A program made the translations under genes and the position numbers. Of a stretch of DNA of 15,990 nucleotides, positions 8,616 through 15,990 are shown in pieces. Within the stretch, counting starts at the first letter, position 1, and each line of letters opens with the position of its first letter. The stretch lies in NCBI RefSeq assembly GCF_006345805.1, contig NW_021824644.1:1-15990 (forward strand), read 5' to 3'. This DNA comes from Octopus sinensis (taxonomy: Eukaryota). The notes below the pieces were generated by a model. It was given only the letters and a program-made list of their open reading frames with translations, was not told the origin of the DNA and did not search any database.

Positions 8616-8767
8616 CCATACACAGCACAATGCAAAGCTGTCCAACCATTTGAGTCTTTCGCTCCTAACTCCGGACCAGCTTTTAGCAATATTTCGATGA
8701 TTCTTCTATCGGCACCCTCTCTACAGGCAATGATTAAAGGAGTTCGTCCACGAAAATGTTCATTAAT
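8616..8767 (-). CDS. Internal coding exon (152 nt, phase 0 to 2) of an ankyrin-repeat protein: INEHFRGRTPLIIACREGADRRIIEILLKAGPELGAKDSNGWTALHCAVY(G)
   Basis: Minus strand reads tttcttcattacAG|ATTAAT ... GTGTATGG|GTAAGT. The translation has the ankyrin motifs G-x-TPL-x-x-A, (I/L)LL-x-x-GA-like and D-x-x-G-x-TALH-x-A. It is the C-terminal half of supplied ORF 8612..8914. Confidence 0.93.
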
Positions 8768-8830
8768 CTGTAATGAAGAAAGTGAGGACATGTGAAATAG
8801 AGAAATTCCATTTCTCTCTCTCTCTCTCTC

Positions 8831-9375
8831 TCTTTTCTCTCTTTGTCTCTCACTCTCTTTCTCGTTTTCTTTCCTCTTTCTCTCCTTCTTTCTCTCTCTA
8901 TCTCCCTCTTTCATTCCTATCCTTCTCTTTCTTTTCTCACTTTCTCTCTCTTTCCCCTTTTTCTCTCTCTCTTTCTTTCTCCTCTCTCCTTATCTCTTTT
9001 ACTCTATCTCTCTTTTCTCTCTTTGTCTCTCACTCTCTTTCTCGTTTTCTTTCCTCTTTCTCTCCTTCTTTCTCTCTCTATCTCCCTCTTTCATTCCTAT
9101 CCTTCTCTTTCTTTTCTCACTTTCTCTCTCTTTACCCTTTTTCTCTCTCTCTTTCTTTCTCCTCTCTCCGTATCTCTTTACTCTCTCTCCTCTTTTTCTC
9201 TCTTTGTCTCTCATTCTCTTCTCGTTTTCTTTCCTCTTTCTTCTCTACTTCTTTCTCTCTCTATCTCCCTCTTTCATTTCTTTCCTTCTCTTTCTTTTCT
9301 CACTTTCTCCCTCTTTCCCTTCTCCTTCTCTGTCTTTCTTTCTCTTTCTCTCTCCGTGTCTCTTTTACTCTCTCT
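8831..9375. repeat. ~180-bp minisatellite, about 3 copies
   Basis: Marker ctttgtctctca at 8841, 9021 and 9202, with collinear flanks. Confidence 0.85.
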
Positions 9376-10899
9376 CTCTTTCTTTTCTCTCTTTTCCCAT
9401 TTTCTTTTTCTCTCTTTCTCTCTCCCATTTCCTTCCTCTTTCTCTTTTTCTTTTTTCTCTTATCTTTCTCTTTCTCTATTTTTCAATTTCTCTCTTTCTC
9501 TCTCCGTATCTCTCTCTCTTTCATTTCTTTCTATTTCTATTCTTACATTCTTTCTCTCTTTTTGCATTTCTCTTTCTTTATCTCTCTCTCTATTACCTTT
9601 TTTCGTTCTTTCTCTCTCTGTCTCCTTCACTAATCCTTTTCTCTCTTTCACCCAACCTTTTTCTTTTTCATCTCTCTTTCTCTTTTACTTTTATCTCTTT
9701 CTCTCTTTTTCTCTCTGTGCTTCTCTTTGCCTTTTCTATCTTACTTCCTCTTTCTCTTTTACTTGTCTCTCTTTCTTTGATCTCCTTTCTCTTTTCCTTT
9801 TCTCTCTCTCTCCCTTTCCTCTCTCTTTCTTCTTCTCTCCTCACTCAATTTTTTTTTTCTATCTTCCTCTCTCTATGTCTCTTACTACTCTTTGTTCTCA
9901 CTCTCTTCTCTTCTCTTTTCCTTCCACTTTTTTCTCTCTCTCTTTTCTTTTATCACTTCCTCTCTCCCTCTCTTTTGTATATTTCTTCCTCTCTCTCTAT
10001 TTCCCACTCTCTTTTCTCTCCTATATTCCCCTCTTTCCCTCTCTGTCTCTTTTCTCTTTCTCTTCCTCTCCTATTCTTATCTCTCACTTTCTTTTTCCCC
10101 TTTTCCCTCCTTCTTTCTCCCCCTCTCTTTTTCTCTTCTCTCCTTCTCCCCCACTCTTTTACCTTTCTCTCCTGCTTTACTTTTCTCTCTTTTTCTATTC
10201 TCTCTTCTTTATCTCTCCCTTTTCTTTTACCTCTTTCTCTCTTTCTTTCCTCTCTTCCTCTTTCTCTCTGTTATCTCATTTCTCTGGCAATTTTTCTCTT
10301 CTCTCTTCCTCTCACTCTCTCAATTTCCTTTTCTCTCTTCCTCCCTCTCCCTCTCTTTCTTTCAGTCTCTTTGTCCTTTCCTTTCCCTCTTCTTTCCCTC
10401 TTTCCTTTTCTTCCCCTTTAAGGGACTTACTTTTTCTTTTTCTCTCCCTCTCTGGCCTTCTTCCCTTCTTTTCTCTCTTTATCCCTCTTTCTTTTCTCTC
10501 ATTCTCTTTATTAATCCCTTTTACGTCTCTTTTATCCCTCTCTTTCTCATTTCTCTCTCTTTCAGTGTTTGTTTTTCCTCTTTCTTCCTCTCTCTCTCTC
10601 TCCCATTTTCTCTCTTTATTTCTCTCAGTACCTTTTTCTTCTCTCATCTTCCATCTTTCTCTCTTCCTCTCCCTCTTTCACTTTTTCTATTCTCGCTCAC
10701 TCCCTCTCTGCTTCTTTTCTCTCTCTTTTTATTTTCTGGTTTTCCTTCTCCCTATCTCTCTTTATCTTTTCCTTTTCCCTCTTTCTCCCTCTGTTTCCTT
10801 TCTCTATCTCTCTCTATCTTTTTCTTTTCTCTCTTTCGCTCGTTTTCTTTGTCTGTTCTCTCTTACTCTTTCATTTCCTCATTTTCATTCTCTCTTTCT

Positions 10900-13800
10900 C
10901 ACTCCCTTTCTTCTGCTCTTTCTTCCTCTCATTTCTTTTTCTCTCTCTCTTTCTTTCCTTGCTCTCTCGCTTTTTTCTCCTTCTTTCTCCCTCTCGTTTT
11001 CTTTTTATTCTTCTTCCTCTCTTTCACTCTTTCATTTCTCTCTTTCTTCCTCTCATTTCTTTTTCTCTCTCTCTTTCTTTTCTCGCTCTCTCGCTTTGTT
11101 CTCCTTCTTTCTCCCTCTCGTCTTCTTTTCATCCTTCTTCCTCTCTCTCACACTTTCATTTCTCTCTTTCTTTTCTCTCGTTTTCTTTTTCTCTCTCTAT
11201 CCTTTCTCCTTCTTCTCCCTCTCGTTTTCTTTTTCTCCTTCCTCTCTCTCATTTATTTCATTTCTATCTTTCTTCCTCTCTCTCTTTCTTTTCTCGCTCG
11301 TTCGCTGTTCTCTCCTTCTTTCTCCCTCTCGTTTACTATTTATCCTTCTTCCTCTCCCTCACTCTTTCATTTCTCCCTTTTTTCCTCTCATTTACTTTCA
11401 ATCCTTTGTCCTCTCTCTCGCTCTTTCAATTCTCTCTTCTTTCTCTCGTTTCTATCTCTCTCTCTTTCTTTTCTCGCTCATTCGCTTTTCTCTCCTTCTT
11501 TCTCCCTCTCGTTTTCTTTTTATTCTTCTTCCTCTCTCTCACTCTTTCATTTCTCTCTCTTCTTCCTCTCGCTTCTTTTTCTCCCTCCCTCTCTCATTCC
11601 TTTACTCTCTCTCTCTCACTTTTTCTCCTTCTTTCTCCCTCCTTGTTTTTTTTTTTATTCCTTCTTCCTCTCTCTCAATCTCTCATTTCTCTCTTTCTTT
11701 CTTCCTCTCGTTTCTTTTTCTCTCTCTTTCTTTTCTCACTCTCTCGCTTTTTTCTCCTTCTTCTCCCTCTTATTTCCTTTTGATCCTTCTTCCTCCCTCT
11801 CACTCTTTCATTTCTCTCTTTCTTACTCTCGTTTCTTTCTCTCTCTCTCTTTCTTTTCTCGCTCTCTCGCTTTTTTCTCCTTCTTTCTCCCTCTCGTTTT
11901 CTTTTTATCCTTCTTCCTGTCTGTCACTCTTTCATTTCTCTCTTTCTGCTTCTCTCTCTTTCTTTTCTCGCTCGTTCGCTTTTTTCTCCTTCTTTCTCCC
12001 TCTCGTTTTCGTTTTATCATTCTTCCTGTCTTTCACACTTTCATTTATCTCTTTCTACTTCTCTCTCTTTCTTTTCTCGCTCGTTCGCTTTTTTCTCCTT
12101 CTTTCTCCCTCTCGTTTTCTTTTTATCCTTCTTCCTCTCTCTCACACTTTCATTTCTCTCTTTCTTCCTCTCGTTTCTTATTCTCTCTCTTTCTTTTCTC
12201 ACTCTCTCGCTTTTTTCTCCTTCTTTCTCCCTCTTGGTTTCTTTCCATTCTTCTTCCTCTCTCTCACTCTTTCATTTCTCTCACTTTTTCTTTTCTCACT
12301 CTCGCTTTTTTCTCCGTCTTTCTCTCTCTCCTTTTCTTTTTATCTTTCTTCCATTCTCTCACTCTTTCTTTTCTCTCTTTTTTCTTTCGTTTTCTCGCTT
12401 TTTTATCCTTCTTTCTCCTCTCGTTTTCTTTTTCTCCTTCCTCTCTCTCATTTATTTCATTTCTATCTTTCTTCCTCTCTCTCATTCTTTCATTTCTCTC
12501 TTTCTTCCTCTCATTTCTTTTTCTCTCGTTTTTTCTCTCTCTTTCTTTTCTTGCTCTCCTGTTTTTTTCTCCTTCTTTCTCCCTCTCGGTTTCTTTTTAT
12601 CCTTCTTCCTCTCTCTCACTCTTTCATTTCTCTCTTTCTTCCTTTCGTTTCTTTTTCTCTCTCCTTCTTTTCTTGCTCTCTCACGTTTTTCTCCTTCTCC
12701 CTCCCTCTCGTCTTCTTTTTATCCTTCTTCCTCTCTCTCACTCTTTCATTTCTCTCATTCTTCCCCTCGTTTCTATTTCTCTTTCTCTTTCCTTTATCGC
12801 CCTTTTTGGTTTTTTCTTTTTTCTCCTTCTCTCTCCTCTTGTTTTCTTTTTTTCCTTCTTCCTCTCTCTCACTGTCTCATTTCTCTCTTCCTTGCTCTCA
12901 TTTCGTTTCCTCTCTCTTTCTTTTCTTACTCTCTCACTATTTTCTCCTTCTCTCTCCCTCTTGTTTTCTTTTTATCCTTCTTCCTCTCTCTTACTCTTTC
13001 ATTTTCCCTTTCTTGCTCTCATTTCTTTTCCTCTCTCTTTCTTTTCTTGCTCTCTCACTATTTTCTCCTTCTTTCTCCCTCTCGTTTTCTTTTTATCCTT
13101 CTTCCTCTCTCTCACTCTTTCATTTCTCTCTTTCTTCCTTTCGATTCTTTTTCTCTCTCCTTCTTTTCTTGCTCTCTCACGTTTTTCTCCTTCCCCCTCC
13201 CTCTCGTCTTCTTTTTATCCTTCTTCTTCTCTCTCACTCATTCATTTCTCTCATTCTTCCACTCGTTTCTATTTCTCTTTCTCTTTCCTTTATCGCCCTC
13301 TTGCTTTTTTCTCCTTCTCTCTCCCTCTTGTTTTCTTTTTATCCTTCTTCCTCTCTCTCACTATCTCATTTCTCTCTTCCTTGCTCTCATTTCGTTTCCT
13401 CTCTCTTTCTTTTCTTACTCTCTCACTATTTTCTCCTTCTCTCTCCCTCTTGGTTTCTTTTTATCCTTCTTCCTCTCTCTTACTCTTTCATTTCTCTCTT
13501 TCTTGCTCTCATTTCTTTTCCTCTCTCTTTCTTTTCTTGCTCTCTCACTATTTTCCCCTTCTCCCTCCCTCTCGTCTTCTTTTTATCCTTCTTCCTCTCT
13601 CTCACTCTTTCATTTCTCTCATTCTTCCCCTCGTTTCTATTTCTCGTTCTCTTTCCTTTATCGCCCTCTTGCTTTTTTCTCCTTCTCTCTCCCTCTTGTT
13701 TTCTTTTTATCCTTCTTCCTCTCTCTTTCATTTGTCTCTTTCTTGCTCTCATTTCTTTTCCTCTCTCTTTCTTTTCTCACTCTCTTGCTTTTTTCTCCTT

Positions 13801-15990
13801 CTTTCTCCCTCTTGGTTTCTTTCCATTCTTCTTCCTCTCTCTCTCACTCTTATATTCTTTCTTTCTTTTCTCTCTTTCCTTCCCTCTTTTCTTCTTTCTT
13901 TTCCTCGCTCTTTCGCCTTTTTTTTCCTCCTTTCTCCGTCTCGTTTTCCTTTTTATCCTTCTTCTTCCTCTCTCTCATTCTTTCATTTCTCTTTTTTCTT
14001 CTCTCGTTTTCTTTTCTCTCTCTTTCTTTTTCTCCTTTCTTTTCGCTCGCTTTTTTCTCCTTCTTTCTCCCTCTCGTTTTCTTTTTTTTCCTTTTTCCTC
14101 TCCTCTCTCTCACTCTTTCATTTCTATCTTTCTTCCTCTCGTTTTTTTTTTCTCTCTCTTTCTTTTCTTGCTCTCTCGATTTTTTCTCCTTCTTTCTTCT
14201 CCGTCTCGTTTTCTTTTTAATATCCTTCTTCCTCTTTCTCACTCTTTCATTTCTCTCTTTCTTCTTCTCGTTTCTTTTTCTCTCTCTTTCTTTTCTCGCT
14301 TCTCTCGCTTTTTTCTCCTCTTTTCTCCCGCTCCTTTTTTTCTTTTTATCTTTCTTCCTTTCTCTCACTCTTTCTTTTCTCTCTTTTTTCTCTCCTTTCT
14401 TCTACCTCTCTTTCTTTTCTCGCTCTCTCGCGTTTTTTCTCCTTCTTTCTTCTCTTTCCTCTCTCGGTTTCTTTTCTTCTTTTCATCCTTCTTTCCTCTT
14501 CTCTCTCTCATTCTTTCATTTCTTCTTTCTTTTCTTCCTTTCTTTCTTACCCACGTTTCTTTTTCACCCACTCTTTCTTTTTATTGCTCTCTCGTTTTTT
14601 CTCCTTCTTTCTCCCGCTCGGTTTCGTTTTATCCTTCTTCCTCTCTCTCATTCTTTCTTCCTCTCGTTTCTTTTTCACTCTCTTTCTTTTCTCACTCTCT
14701 CGCTTTTTTCTCCTTCTTTCCCCCTCTGGTTTTCTTTCCATCCTTCTTCCTCTCTCTCACTCTTTCCTTTCTTTCTTTCTTCCTCTCTTTTCCTTCCCTC
14801 TTTCTTTCTTTTCTCGCTCTCTCGCTTTTTTCCCTCTCTCCTTCTTTCTTTTTCTCCTCTCGTTTTCTTTTTATCCTTCTTCCCTCTCTCTCACTCTTTC
14901 TTTCTTTCTTTCTCTTTCGCCTCCTTTTCTTCCCTCTTTCTTTCTTTTCTCGCTCTCTCTCCGCTTTTTTCTCTTTCTTTCTTTCTCCGTCTCGTTTTCT
15001 TTTTCTTATCCTTCTTCCTCCTCTCTCTCACATTTTCATTTCTCTATCTTTCTTCCTCTCGTTTTCTTTCTTTTCTCTCTCTCTTTCTTTTTCTAGCTCA
15101 ATTGCTTTATTCTCCTTCTTTCTCCCTCTCGTTTTCTTTTGTCCTTCTTCCTCTATCTCACTCTTTCCTTTCTCTCTCTCTTCCTCTCTTTCTTTTCTCG
15201 TCTCTCTCGCTTTTTTCCCTCTTCTTTTCTCCCTCTCGTTTTTCTTTTTGATCCTTCTTCCTCTTTCTCTTCCTCTCTTCTTTACTCGCTCTCTCTCTCG
15301 CGCTTTTTTCTCCTTCTTTCTCCCTCTCGTTTTCTTTTTGATCCTTCTTCCTCTCTCTCACTCTTTCAATTCTCTCATTCTTTCTCTCGTTTCTATTTCT
15401 CTTTCTCTTTCCTTTTTCGCTCTCTTGCTTTTTTCTCCTTCTCCCTCCCTCTGATTTCTTTTTATCTTCTTCCTCTCTCTCACTCTTTCATTTCTCTCTT
15501 TCTTCCTCTCGTTTCTTTTTCTCTCTCATTCTTTTCTCGCTCTCTCGCTTTATTCTCCTTCTTTCTCCCTCTCGTTTTCTTTCTATCCTTCTTCCTCTCT
15601 CTCCTCTTTCATTTCTCTCATTTCTTCTCTCGTTTCTTTTTCTCTCCTCATTTCTTTCTTGCTCACCTTGCTTTTTTCTCCTCTTCTTCTTTCCCCTCTC
15701 TTTCCCTCTCGTTTTCTTTTTATTATTCTCGTCTGTTTCACTCTTTCATTTCTTTCTTTCTTCTTCCTCTCATTTCATTTCTCTCTTTCTTTTCTCGCTT
15801 TTTTCTCCTTCTATTCTCGCTCTCTGACTTTTTCTTCTTTTTCTTCTTCCTCTCGTTTTTCCTTTTCTTTCTGTTTACCCTTCTTCTCTCTCTCTCTCTT
15901 TCATTTCTCTCGCTCTTTCTCCCTCTCGTATCTCTCTCATTTCTTTCTCGCTCACTTGCTTTTTTCTCCTTCTTTCTCCCTCTCGTTTTC
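10900..15990. repeat. ~122-bp CT-rich minisatellite, roughly 40 degenerate copies
   Basis: Recurring unit ttttttctccttctttctccctctcgttttctttttatccttcttcctctctctcactctttcatttctctctttcttcctctcgtttctttttctctctctttcttttctcgctctctcgc, with unit starts at e.g. 10971, 11095, 11871, 12211. The copy number is an estimate. Confidence 0.8.

Larger units (their letters stand above)
8812..15990. repeat. Polypyrimidine (CT-rich) low-complexity tract; purine-rich on the gene's sense strand; intronic
   Basis: Almost only C and T on the + strand for >7 kb, starting ~45 nt from the 8767 splice acceptor and running off the right edge. Confidence 0.97.

Noticed and set aside
8768-8914. N-terminal part of supplied ORF 8612..8914 (MKEGDRERKK...)
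   Set aside because: It is read-through into intronic GA repeats upstream of a clear acceptor at 8769-8768.
8773-15454. Very long + strand ORFs (2203, 1442, 1005 aa etc.) rich in S/L/F, and K/R/E-rich minus-strand ORFs
   Set aside because: A C/T-only strand cannot form TAA/TAG/TGA, so all frames stay open. The ORFs overlap in several frames, have no domain content and lie in an intron of the ankyrin gene.
1-15990. CRISPR array, prokaryotic operon, rRNA or autonomous transposon
   Set aside because: There are no repeat-spacer arrays with unique spacers, no gene-dense coding sequence, no rRNA motifs and no transposase/RT ORF. Spliceosomal introns and SINEs indicate an animal genome.

Overview
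Eukaryotic, repeat-dominated, mostly intronic DNA. The SINE family resembles octopus SINEs as I recall them, so a cephalopod origin is inferred, not proven. Three minus-strand exons (8767-8616, 7270-7225, 3607-3453) have canonical AG/GTAAGT borders and matching phases, and they splice into a continuous ankyrin-repeat protein fragment of about 118 aa. None of the long ORFs in the supplied track is a credible gene: they arise from (CAT)n and CT-only low-complexity DNA. The introns contain two (CAT)n blocks, a >7 kb pyrimidine tract with ~180-bp and ~122-bp minisatellites, two tandem tRNA-derived SINEs and several (TA)n tracts. The most interesting region is 5387-6830, embedded in (TA)n. It holds (i) a ~75-bp remnant with a degenerate type I hammerhead-ribozyme motif plus AATAAA on the minus strand, and (ii) a non-coding ~1.7-copy tandem element with a ~780-bp period. 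Each copy of that element carries all hammerhead core motifs (AUC, GAAA, CUGAUGA) with 6-bp stems I and III, but in a strand order that is not a circular permutation of types I/II/III. It is a candidate pseudoknotted (non-circularly permuted) hammerhead in a retrozyme/Penelope-like non-autonomous element. All RNA structures were assigned by eye, and activity is untested.
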